A stretch of DNA of 64,000 nucleotides from Methanomassiliicoccales archaeon (GTDB taxonomy: Archaea > Thermoplasmatota > Thermoplasmata > SG8-5), in the NCBI GenBank assembly GCA_030612505.1, contig JAUWNU010000001.1, positions 1,233-65,232 on the forward strand, in the 5' to 3' direction. Below are positions 27,966 to 37,483 of the stretch, one piece after another (positions within the stretch are counted from its first letter, which is position 1; every line of letters begins with the position of its first letter). A program made the translations under genes and the position numbers. The notes under the pieces were generated by a model. It saw only the letters and a program-made list of their open reading frames with translations, was not told the origin of the DNA and ran no database searches.

Positions 27966-28916
27966 TTATTTGGAATATACATAGGGATTTTCCAATAGCC
28001 AGCGCACTGTTCTGCGAATCGTTTCCTCAATATTAACCTGTGGTTTCCAGCCATATGCCATAAGCTTCGAAACGTCCAGATGAACAAGGGGAGAATCACC
28101 AATCCAGCCACGCTCTCCTCCAGTGAACTTGTACTCAACATTATTCAGACCTAGCTCATCAGTAATAATGTCTGCCACGCTCTTCACTTCTATGAACTCG
28201 GTCTGGCCGATATTGAATAGCTCGGCATTGCCAGGGGTATTTTCATACCCAGTGAAGAAGCCGTCAATGCAATCGCCGATATAACAATAAGATTTTCTTG
28301 CTGTTCCATCGCCCAGTATTTCCAGCTGGGCAGGGTTAGCTTTCAGCTTTTTCACGAAATCATAGGTCACACCATGGGGGTGCCGCTCTCCCTGAATTGA
28401 AACAAAGCGATACATCCAGCTTTTGATTCCATATGCCTCGGTGAATGCTTCAATAAAGCCCTCGCAGGCCATTTTTGATGCACCATAGAATGAGGTTTGC
28501 CTTGGGTGATAAGTTTCAGGTGTTGGAAATACATCCGGCTCCCCATAAGTTGCCGCTGTTGAACTGAAAATTATCTGTTTCACATCATTGAGCCGCATTG
28601 CCTCCAGAATATTGTAAGTGACTATGATATTCCTGTCTATATCTCGAAAGGTGTCCTCAAGTCCATGACGCACATCAGCATTTGCAGCCAGATGGAATAC
28701 CGCATCAGCATCTTTCAGCGCATCCTTGGTCTTCTCCATGTCTCCCAGGTCGAAATTTAGAAGCTTGACAGCATCTTTGTCCAGGTGATGTTGAATATTT
28801 TCTATATAGCCAGTGCTCATATTATCTATAATTGTAACATCATGCCCCTGCTTGACCAGACGGTCAACAACATGGCTGGCAATGAACCCGCATCCTCCTG
28901 TGACTATTGCTTTCAT
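27966..28916 (-). CDS. NAD-dependent sugar epimerase/dehydratase (GalE-like SDR)
   Basis: VTGGCGFIASH, FHLAA, FSSTAATYG, YGASK (YxxxK). Confidence 0.9.
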   Translation of the reverse strand: MKAIVTGGCGFIASHVVDRLVKQGHDVTIIDNMSTGYIENIQHHLDKDAVKLLNFDLGDMEKTKDALKDADAVFHLAANADVRHGLEDTFRDIDRNIIVTYNILEAMRLNDVKQIIFSSTAATYGEPDVFPTPETYHPRQTSFYGASKMACEGFIEAFTEAYGIKSWMYRFVSIQGERHPHGVTYDFVKKLKANPAQLEILGDGTARKSYCYIGDCIDGFFTGYENTPGNAELFNIGQTEFIEVKSVADIITDELGLNNVEYKFTGGERGWIGDSPLVHLDVSKLMAYGWKPQVNIEETIRRTVRWLLENPYVYSK

Positions 28917-28965
28917 AATATCATGGGTGAGTAGTTGTTGTGGTTATTATGGATTTCGATGTTTA

Positions 28966-29114
28966 GGGTCTAGCTTAATTAACTCTGATAATGGGTCTAG
29001 GGTCTGCGTTTAGTCATCGTTATTAAGGGTCTGTGCTTAATTATCGTTAGTTAGGGTCTTTGTTTAATTATCGTTAGTAAGGGCCTATGCTTGGCTATCG
29101 TTAGAGAGGGGCTA
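28966..29114 (+). repeat. 27-bp tandem repeat array B
   Basis: GGG(T/C/G)CT cores at 28966, 28993, 29000, 29027, 29054, 29081, 29108; unit ~GGGTCTRTGYTTARTTATCGTTAGTAA. Confidence 0.85.
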
Positions 29115-29118
29115 GTTC

Positions 29119-29325
29119 GTTGAACGCAAGGCGTTCGACAATGGCATGAGAACGCATTCAAAATAAATGGAATGCCGTACTGTTAAAAGTGTTCTGAAAG
29201 CAATTGTTGGGTTCGATGGCTAAATAAAAACAAATGCAGAACCCGACCTGATATGGCTTAAAGCAATCTGCCAGCATAATATCAGAAGGCCCGCAATCAC
29301 ACTTGCGTTAAAAAAACGATTGCGG
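29119..29325 (+). ncRNA. Five-hairpin structured element, copy 2
   Basis: Stems gttgaacgc/gcgttcgac, atggcat/atgccgt, gttgggttc/gaacccgac, ctgatat/atatcag, ccgcaatc/gattgcgg. Confidence 0.45.
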
Positions 29326-29402
29326 TGGTGCACAAGTTGGTCTTTTATCCGAAACATATATAATCACGTATATTCGTATTGAATAATACAAGAGGGGAAG
29401 CC

Positions 29403-31697
29403 ATGAGGCAATCTACTTTGCAATTCAAGTGGGCAGTGATATTGACCAGTATTCTAATGATAAGCAGCACACTGGCTGCTGCCATGATAGTTGGTTCCAC
29501 CTCACCAGATGGAGGATTGGAAACCCTAAATGCTGGAGAACCGAACATCTTCTGGATTGGATTCAATGACACTGCAGGAACATCCAGGCTTGACCAGATG
29601 GTTGATGTTGAGAACTGGTATAATTTCACATGTGGATTCAATTACAGCTAGGGCTTTTTCAATTGCGAGATTATTGTAGAGGCCTGGTATGACTGTGGGC
29701 TGGCAGGAAACAGTTCTGCTTACCCACCAGAAACAGAGGACAACCGGAGTCTGGCCTTCAGCCTTCTATACGATGTTGCGACAGTCTCTTACACCATACA
29801 GTACCCGGGAGCAACACCAGGTACCATGGAGATAGCTATAAACGATTCCTGGGACACTGCTGTCATTGACTGGGTGCACCCAACCAACTCCCCAATGGAG
29901 GACATACTTGCACTGACAATACCAATTTACCTGGGACCGCAGATAAGAAATGCAGATGGCAATGGCTTTGGCTCTGGAGATTTAGATTATAATTCAGACC
30001 CAAATAATGCCTTACTGGACATAAACAGCTGGGACTTCGAGATCACTGTAAGGGACTCTGCAAATACTTCACTGGCTTCTTCCAGCTACGGAGAGTTCGG
30101 AATCAACCCGCATTGTGATATTTCTGTTACTGGAAATCCTGTTGGGGAAGCACCACCTGGCACTGCCGCTACTCTCCTGGCAAATCCAACTCATATCACC
30201 TATTCAGCTAACAATGATTATTGGGTCAATGTTTCTGTGACTAATCTTCTGGAAAATGGTGTAGGGCCAGCTTCTATTTCTGCAACCGATGTAGAAGTTC
30301 AAAATTCTGACCCATATGCAACTACTGGTAACTCAGATATATCCGCACAAACATATTTCCCTGGCCCAGGTATTGATATGCAAGTCTGGGGACAGCCAGG
30401 TATTCCAATGAATGCCCCAGGAAATGGAACAATAGCTACTGGCCCCTGGGTATCTGATTACAATGCAGCAATGTATGGGCTAAATGACTATACCCAGCTT
30501 GATTGGTGGATCACGGTTAGTGCAGCTACGCCAGAAGGGGTTTATTATGGAGATATCACAATTACAATAGAAGATTCTAATGGAAACACAGTAATGGACC
30601 AGACTACTCAGATAATTGTCAATGTTGTTTTCCCTCATTTATATTGGATTGGATTCAATGGAACAGGCATGAACTCAAAACTTGACCAGGTTGTAGATAC
30701 TGATAACTGGTACAATTTTACAGTGACTGGCAATTATTCACAGGGTTGGAACGGCCTCCAGGTGGAGATAAGGGCATGGTATGATAATGGTAATATTGGC
30801 TTTATGTCAACATATCCTCCTGTAACTCCTGAAAATAAAAACCTGGCATTCAGTATTACATATGAAGTTTTCAGTGGAATTTGCACTGTATATTATCCAA
30901 TAGGGCCGCAGGTTCAGGTAGGAACAGTCAGTGATGTGATCACATGGATAAATCCAATAAACATAGGAGAAGACTGGCATACTGTCAACATTCCAGTTTA
31001 CCTTGGAAATTCATTGATTTCCGCTGATGGTATGGGCTTCGCCAGTGGTGACCTTGCCTATCACTCTGACCCTAATTTGGCCTTGCAGGATGCTTTCAGC
31101 TGGGACTTTGAGGTCATTCTCAGGGATGCAATCAACCCAACAGCCTTGGACTTAAGCTATGCAGAATTCGGCCTTGACAACTCAACGCCCAGCTTTCCAA
31201 TATCTCTAGACGCTGGCTGGAATCTTATTTCGCTGCCGCTTGAACAGGCAGATGAATATTTGCCATCTGTTCTGAGTTCCATTGACGGCCAGTATGATAT
31301 TGTGAAATACTATGATGCCACTGACCAAAATGACCCATGGAAAACCTACAGAATAGGCGCATCAACCAATGATTTATTTTCAATTGATAGGACAATGGGT
31401 TTCTGGATTCATCTTACAGCAAATAATGGCGACCAGACATTGACGACAGGTATTGAAGGCACTTTCCCACCAGCCGCAGTAACTCTATACGCTGGCTGGA
31501 ATCTTGTTAGTTATCCTTCCATATCCCCGGATACTGTCGCAAATGCCTTATGGGGCACAGGAGCCGATATAGTCGAAGTATTTGACCCTGCAGAGCCTTA
31601 TTTGATAAGAGAGGTAAATGCGGATTATATGATGCAGCCTGGAGAAGGTTATTGGGTTCATGTTCCTGCGGACACAATATGGATGGTTGATTGGTAA
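29403..31697 (+). pseudogene. Secreted protein (~764 aa) with duplicated N-terminal domain and GWNL module, interrupted by one in-frame TAG at 29649-29651
   Basis: Frame continues after the TAG into ORF 29826. NYS*GFFNCEI..AWYD aligns with the internal repeat NYSQGWNGLQV..AWYD. Confidence 0.75.
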
Positions 31698-31819
31698 GAT
31701 TATAAGAAATATTTATATAACACCAATCGCAACAGTTAAATACAATACAAAATGGCGCACGTACATACTTATATGTGATTATACATATTATGTCCAATAC
31801 AAAGTTAAAGGTGTTCATA

Positions 31820-34800
31820 ATGGAGAGGAAAGATGTTTTTGTGCGCGGCCTTTCGATTGTTCTTGTAATATCAATGGTTTTTGGTTCAATACCATATTTC
31901 ACAATGGCCTCGGAGACCGTAGGCCAGATTGATATTGAAGTGACTAATCAAGAATTGGCAACCTATAATCTGGCTGTTTCCGAAATAGAGCTCAAGGAGA
32001 TTATTCCTGTTGAGGAAAATCAGGGTTCGCCGGCGCCAAGCCCATTTGCCACATTTGAGATTATGTATGCGGATTCGGCTATTGATCAGGGTGCTGGAGC
32101 AGTGCCCGAGGCAACTGGCACTCCTGATGATGTTCGCTTTTCATTCGGTGGAAATGCAAATTATGTAAGAGCTAGCGGCTCTACCTGGGGAGCTGGAGCA
32201 GGCTCAATCCTGTCAGTGGAAATCGCAGCAGAATGGTCATCTAGTGGTCTGACTGATGATGGTGCAATTATCCAGTATTATGATTCTGGAATTGGCGGCG
32301 TGGGAGCCACAAAGACAGCTGTGGATGCAAACAACTATGCTGTTGATAACACACTCTATCTGGACATAACCGCAGACAAGGCTAGCTGGACCTGGACTGA
32401 TGTGGGTAATGTCAACCCTGAGATATATTACCTCAAAGCCGGAGGCCCGGACGGCGGAACTCTAAGCATTGATGCACTCTGGATACGGGTACAATATGAA
32501 TCCATTTCAATTGACTATGATATCCCTGTGACCGTTGGCTGGAACCTTATAAGCGTTCCTTCGGTACAGGGAAACACCGACATTCTCACAGTACTGGATG
32601 ATGCTGGCGGCGATACTACCTGGGAGAGAGCTTCACATTACAATCCCCTGATAGCTGATAATCTATGGCAGTCCTATTCTATTTTCAAACCACCTACCCT
32701 GAATGAGCTGAACGATGTGAACAATAAGCTTGGCATCTGGGTGGACATAACAGATGTGGGAAGCGATGGCCTTCTCACAGTAAGCGGCAGCCCGCCTTCC
32801 ATGACTGCAATCAATCTCTATGCAGGCTGGAACCTTGTTGGGTATCCCTGCTTGGAAAGCCAGATGGCTATGAATTCACTGGCTGGCGTACCATACGATG
32901 CTCTGGAATGCCATGATGGTGGAGCACCATACCTACTCAGAACAATGCTGAACACAGAAATGATGGTTCCCGGTATTGGTTACTGGATAAAGGTAACCAG
33001 CGATTGTGTATGGAATGTGGGAGACATTACACCACCTACATTTGCAGGTCTTGTTTCTGCCCTGGATGCTGGAACCGGAGGAAGCGTTCTGCTGAACTGG
33101 AATCCGGCAACAGACCCCTCATACCCCATTACCTACAATATTTACATGGCCACAACATCTGGCGGCCAGGACTTTGGAACTCCGGATTATATTACAGACC
33201 TGACAGATTTCCAGGTTGATGGTTTGACAGACAATCAGGACTATTATTTCGTGGTAAGGGCAAAGGACTCTGCTGGCAATGAGGATTCAAACCTGGTTGA
33301 GAAAACAGCAATTCCAACAACACCAGATGCTACAAGCCCCTGGATAACAGCAACTGTTCCTGCAGATGCAGCAACAGGAATCGGCATTGCCCAGTCAATT
33401 ATAATTACCTTTTCAGAATCAATCAATACAGGTACATTCGTTTATTCCTGCGCACCCAACCCAGGCGGTTGGATAGAAACATGGGATACATTTGTGGAAA
33501 CAAATGATAGAGTAACCCTGACCCGCAATGACCTGGCTTTCGACACATTGTACACATTCCAGGTAACAGCAGCGGATGACCTGGCAGGCAATCCCCTGGT
33601 TGCCGGACCGGCACTGAACCCATGGACATTCACGACTATTGCAGCCCCAGACCTTACAGGACCAGTAACTTCTGGAGTATCAGCAACACCCAATCCCACC
33701 GATGGTGCTGGCACAGTCACATTAACAGCAACTGTTGATGATTCAACCACTGGCGGCTCTAATATTGCAGAGGCAGAGTACTTCGTGGATTCAGTAGGCG
33801 CTGACGGAAGTGGAACACTAATGGTAGCCAGTGATGGAAATTTCAACTCTGTGACAGAGGGCGTAACCGCTTCAATTGATGTTTCTGGATGGGCGCTGGG
33901 AACCTACACCTTGTATGTGCACGGACGGGATGCTTCAGGAAACTGGGGTGCTACAGACAGTACAATACTAGATGTCACCAATACACCTGATATCACAAGC
34001 CCCTGGATTGTAATAACAGCACCGGTGGACGGAGCAACTGGCGTATTAATTGGCCAGTCAATTGTAATTACTTTCTCGGAATCAATTAACACAGGCACAT
34101 TCGCCTACACCTGCACACCGAACCCAGGTGGCTGGGGCGAATCCTGGGACGCTGCAGTCGAGACCAATGACAGAGTAACATTAACCCACAGTGACTTTGC
34201 ATTTGACACATTATATGATTTCCAGGTAACAGCGGCAGACGACCTTGCTGGAAATCCCCTGGCAGCCGGACCAGTTCCGAACCCCTGGACATTCACAACC
34301 GAGCTGGAACCGACACCACCACAGGTTGTAGAGCCAACTTCACCTGCAAACGGAGCAATAGATGTGCCAGCCACATCAAACATCCAGATAACTTTCACAG
34401 AGGCCATGAACGAGGCATCTGTGGAATCCTGGTTCAATATTAATCCGGCAACAGCAGGAACATTCTCATGGAATCCAGGCAGTACAATTCTCACTTTCAC
34501 ACCCACAGGAGACCTTGCATTTGACCAGGTATACACCGTGACGATTGACGGTCTGGTGGAGGACCAGGAAGCCGAGACACTGGACGGCGATTATGACGGC
34601 GTTTCCGAGGGAAGCCCGACAGATGATTATGCCTTCTCGTTCACAACGGAAGCGGCACCCACGCCGCCCCAGGTGGTAGAACCGACGAATCCGGCAAACG
34701 GGGATGTAAACGTTCTAGTTACAGCAGCCATCCAGATACCGTTCACCGAGGCCATGAATGAGGCAAGCACCGAGGCGGCGTTCTCCATCGGCCCGGTTGT

Positions 34801-37483
34801 CGCAGGTGCATTCTCCTGGAATGTGGCAAGCGATATAATGACGTTCACGCCGTCCGCCGACCTATCGTATGAAACCACCTACACGGTCACCATTGATGGA
34901 ACCGCCCAGGACCAGCAGGCCGAGACACTGGACGGTGATTATGATGGTGTTTCCGAGGGCTCGCCGACGGACGATTATTCATTCTCATTCACCACGGAGG
35001 CAGCGGTCACACTCCCACAGGTCACGTCCACCATTCCGGTAAACGGTGCCGCGGGCGTTCTGGTGACCGACCCGATAATAATAAACTTCAACATGGCAAT
35101 GTGCGAGGATGGAAACGGCAAGGCACCCTGGGACGCGGGTTGTGTAGAAGGGGCGTTCACGGTAACCTATGGCGCGACCACATTGACCGCAGGAGACTTC
35201 ACGATATCCTGGAACGCAGCAAATGACCAGATCACCTTCATTCCCGTTACTTCCTACCCCTACGGAACAGTGATGAGCGTGACAGTTGACGGCACGGCCT
35301 TGGAAACCACGGAAACGTACACCCTGGACGGGAATTACAATTCAGTATCCGAAGGCTCCCCGATAGATGACTATTCGTGGAGCTTCACCACAGAGCCAGC
35401 ACCCACACCGCCGCAGGTTGTGGAACCGACATCCCCGCCGAATGGAGCGGTTGATGTCTTGATCACATTGGTCATACAGGTAACCTTCACGGAGGCCATG
35501 AACGAGGCAAGCACCGAGGCAGCGTTCTCCATCGGCCCGGTTATCGCAGGCACGTTCTCCTGGAACCCCAGCAGCACTATTCTGACGTTCACGCCATCGG
35601 CCGACCTCGCGTACGATACTGTATATTCGATAATCATCGCTGGAACCGCGCAGGACCAGGAGGCCGAAACACTGGACGGCGATTATGACGGCGTTTCCGA
35701 GGGAAGCCCGACAGATGACTATTCATTCTCGTTCACCACCCAGGCAGCACCCACGCCACCCCAGGTAATCTCCACATCACCCACCGACGGAGCCATTGGC
35801 ATCTCTTTATCCACGACAATCCAGATTACCTTCTCCGAGGCCATGAACGAGGCAAGCACCGAGGCAGCGTTCTCCATCGGCCCGGTTGTGGCCGGTGTGT
35901 TCTCCTGGAACCCAGGCAGCACAATTCTCACGTTCACACCATCCGCCGATCTATCGTATGGAACCACCTACACGGTCACCATCGATGGCACTGCCCAGGA
36001 CCAGCAGGGCGAGACACTGGACGGCGATTATGACGGTGTTTCCGAGGGCGCGCCGACGGACGATTACACATTCGGTTTCACCACCGAGCTTCCGCCGCCC
36101 CCGCAGGTCACCAGCCACTCGCCAACCGATGGGCAGAGCAATGTCCCGCTGAGCGAACCGATCGTGATCAACTTCAACATGGCAATGAGCGAGGATGGCA
36201 ATGGCAAGGCACCCTGGGACGCGGGTTGTGTAGAAGGAGCCTTTAGCATGACCGGCGGACTGACCGCAGGTGACTTCACGATATCCTGGAACGCTGGTGT
36301 CGATCAACTTACTTTGACACCGGAAACCCCATACCCGAGCGGCACGGTCCTGACGGTCACCATAGATGGTACGGCGGAGGAATCCACAGGCACCCAGACA
36401 TTGGACGGTGACTATGACGGCACAAGCGAGGGCAGCCCCACTGACGATTACTCCTGGAGTTTCACCACGGATTCCGGCCCATCAACACCGCCACAGGTCG
36501 TCGAGCCGACCGCACCGTTCAACGGCGAAACCAATGTTGTAGCGAGCACCAACATCGTGATTACATTCACCGAGGCCATGAACGAAGCGTCAGTAGAATC
36601 CTATTTCTCCATCTCGCCAGCAGCAGCAGGGGCATTCTCATGGAACCCCGGAAGCACTATTCTCACCTTCAACCCGAATCCGGACCTGTCCACGACCACC
36701 ACATACACCGTGACCATTGACGGACTGGCAGAGGACCAGGAAGCGGAGACACTGGACGGCGATTATGATGGAACCAGCGAAGGCAGTCCGACAGATGATT
36801 ATTCATTCTCGTTCACAACCGAGGCTGGCTCGGTCAACAGATATGCGGTTTGTGTGGGGATAGACAAGCACGATGACGGCACAACCACTTGTATATACGC
36901 TGACAACGATGGCCAGGATTGGGGGAATGAACTTAATTCCCAGGGGTATTCCGTAAGCTCGCGCCTGAATACCGCTGCTGATAAGGCGGTCATACTGGGA
37001 GATATTGCAGACATGGACACTTCTGAAAATGCTGGTGACTATTGTGCCTTCACATTCGCTGGCCATGGTGGTGTCTCTGGTGGAACCCATTACATCATTT
37101 GTGCGGACTGGGATGGAACATGGGGAACGGTGATCAGCGACAGCGAGTTTGAAGCGGCCTTCTCTGGTTTCAGCAGCATGCATATATTCATATTCTTTGA
37201 CAGCTGCAACAGCGGTGGAATGAGCGAAGTTGCCGCGGCTGGCAGACTCCTGATTACGGCCTGTACGGCCGTCCAGAGCTCCTATGGCGGGGATGCCGCC
37301 ATGCAAAATGGTGTCTGGACCTGGTACTTCGTCGAGGACGGTATCCAGACACAGGGATACACCATAATGGAGGACTGTTTCAACTACGCCGCACCCGAGG
37401 CAAAGAGTTGGTTAACCACCAATTACGGAGTCACCATGGACCCCCAGATATTTGACCAGTACACAGGGGATTTCTATCTTTGA
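31820..37483 (+). CDS. Giant secreted protein: GWNL module, FN3, ~9-10 Ig-like (Big_5/SbsA-type) repeats, C-terminal caspase-family (C14) peptidase
   Basis: Signal peptide; P.NGA..V.....I.ITF.E.MN repeats; RYAVCVGI...FTFAGHGG...IFFDSCNSGG...LITAC...GVWT...PQ with a His/Cys dyad. Confidence 0.85.
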   Translation: MERKDVFVRGLSIVLVISMVFGSIPYFTMASETVGQIDIEVTNQELATYNLAVSEIELKEIIPVEENQGSPAPSPFATFEIMYADSAIDQGAGAVPEATGTPDDVRFSFGGNANYVRASGSTWGAGAGSILSVEIAAEWSSSGLTDDGAIIQYYDSGIGGVGATKTAVDANNYAVDNTLYLDITADKASWTWTDVGNVNPEIYYLKAGGPDGGTLSIDALWIRVQYESISIDYDIPVTVGWNLISVPSVQGNTDILTVLDDAGGDTTWERASHYNPLIADNLWQSYSIFKPPTLNELNDVNNKLGIWVDITDVGSDGLLTVSGSPPSMTAINLYAGWNLVGYPCLESQMAMNSLAGVPYDALECHDGGAPYLLRTMLNTEMMVPGIGYWIKVTSDCVWNVGDITPPTFAGLVSALDAGTGGSVLLNWNPATDPSYPITYNIYMATTSGGQDFGTPDYITDLTDFQVDGLTDNQDYYFVVRAKDSAGNEDSNLVEKTAIPTTPDATSPWITATVPADAATGIGIAQSIIITFSESINTGTFVYSCAPNPGGWIETWDTFVETNDRVTLTRNDLAFDTLYTFQVTAADDLAGNPLVAGPALNPWTFTTIAAPDLTGPVTSGVSATPNPTDGAGTVTLTATVDDSTTGGSNIAEAEYFVDSVGADGSGTLMVASDGNFNSVTEGVTASIDVSGWALGTYTLYVHGRDASGNWGATDSTILDVTNTPDITSPWIVITAPVDGATGVLIGQSIVITFSESINTGTFAYTCTPNPGGWGESWDAAVETNDRVTLTHSDFAFDTLYDFQVTAADDLAGNPLAAGPVPNPWTFTTELEPTPPQVVEPTSPANGAIDVPATSNIQITFTEAMNEASVESWFNINPATAGTFSWNPGSTILTFTPTGDLAFDQVYTVTIDGLVEDQEAETLDGDYDGVSEGSPTDDYAFSFTTEAAPTPPQVVEPTNPANGDVNVLVTAAIQIPFTEAMNEASTEAAFSIGPVVAGAFSWNVASDIMTFTPSADLSYETTYTVTIDGTAQDQQAETLDGDYDGVSEGSPTDDYSFSFTTEAAVTLPQVTSTIPVNGAAGVLVTDPIIINFNMAMCEDGNGKAPWDAGCVEGAFTVTYGATTLTAGDFTISWNAANDQITFIPVTSYPYGTVMSVTVDGTALETTETYTLDGNYNSVSEGSPIDDYSWSFTTEPAPTPPQVVEPTSPPNGAVDVLITLVIQVTFTEAMNEASTEAAFSIGPVIAGTFSWNPSSTILTFTPSADLAYDTVYSIIIAGTAQDQEAETLDGDYDGVSEGSPTDDYSFSFTTQAAPTPPQVISTSPTDGAIGISLSTTIQITFSEAMNEASTEAAFSIGPVVAGVFSWNPGSTILTFTPSADLSYGTTYTVTIDGTAQDQQGETLDGDYDGVSEGAPTDDYTFGFTTELPPPPQVTSHSPTDGQSNVPLSEPIVINFNMAMSEDGNGKAPWDAGCVEGAFSMTGGLTAGDFTISWNAGVDQLTLTPETPYPSGTVLTVTIDGTAEESTGTQTLDGDYDGTSEGSPTDDYSWSFTTDSGPSTPPQVVEPTAPFNGETNVVASTNIVITFTEAMNEASVESYFSISPAAAGAFSWNPGSTILTFNPNPDLSTTTTYTVTIDGLAEDQEAETLDGDYDGTSEGSPTDDYSFSFTTEAGSVNRYAVCVGIDKHDDGTTTCIYADNDGQDWGNELNSQGYSVSSRLNTAADKAVILGDIADMDTSENAGDYCAFTFAGHGGVSGGTHYIICADWDGTWGTVISDSEFEAAFSGFSSMHIFIFFDSCNSGGMSEVAAAGRLLITACTAVQSSYGGDAAMQNGVWTWYFVEDGIQTQGYTIMEDCFNYAAPEAKSWLTTNYGVTMDPQIFDQYTGDFYL

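Noticed and set aside
28966-29114. 27-bp arrays as CRISPR
   Set aside because: Units are contiguous with no unique spacers, and no cas genes are present.
29403-31697. Genome-wide TAG reassignment
   Set aside because: Only one internal TAG was seen, and several conserved genes terminate at TAG at normal lengths.
33244-37306. Many antisense and alternate-frame ORFs over the large genes
   Set aside because: They are shadows of repetitive coding sequence with no independent motifs.
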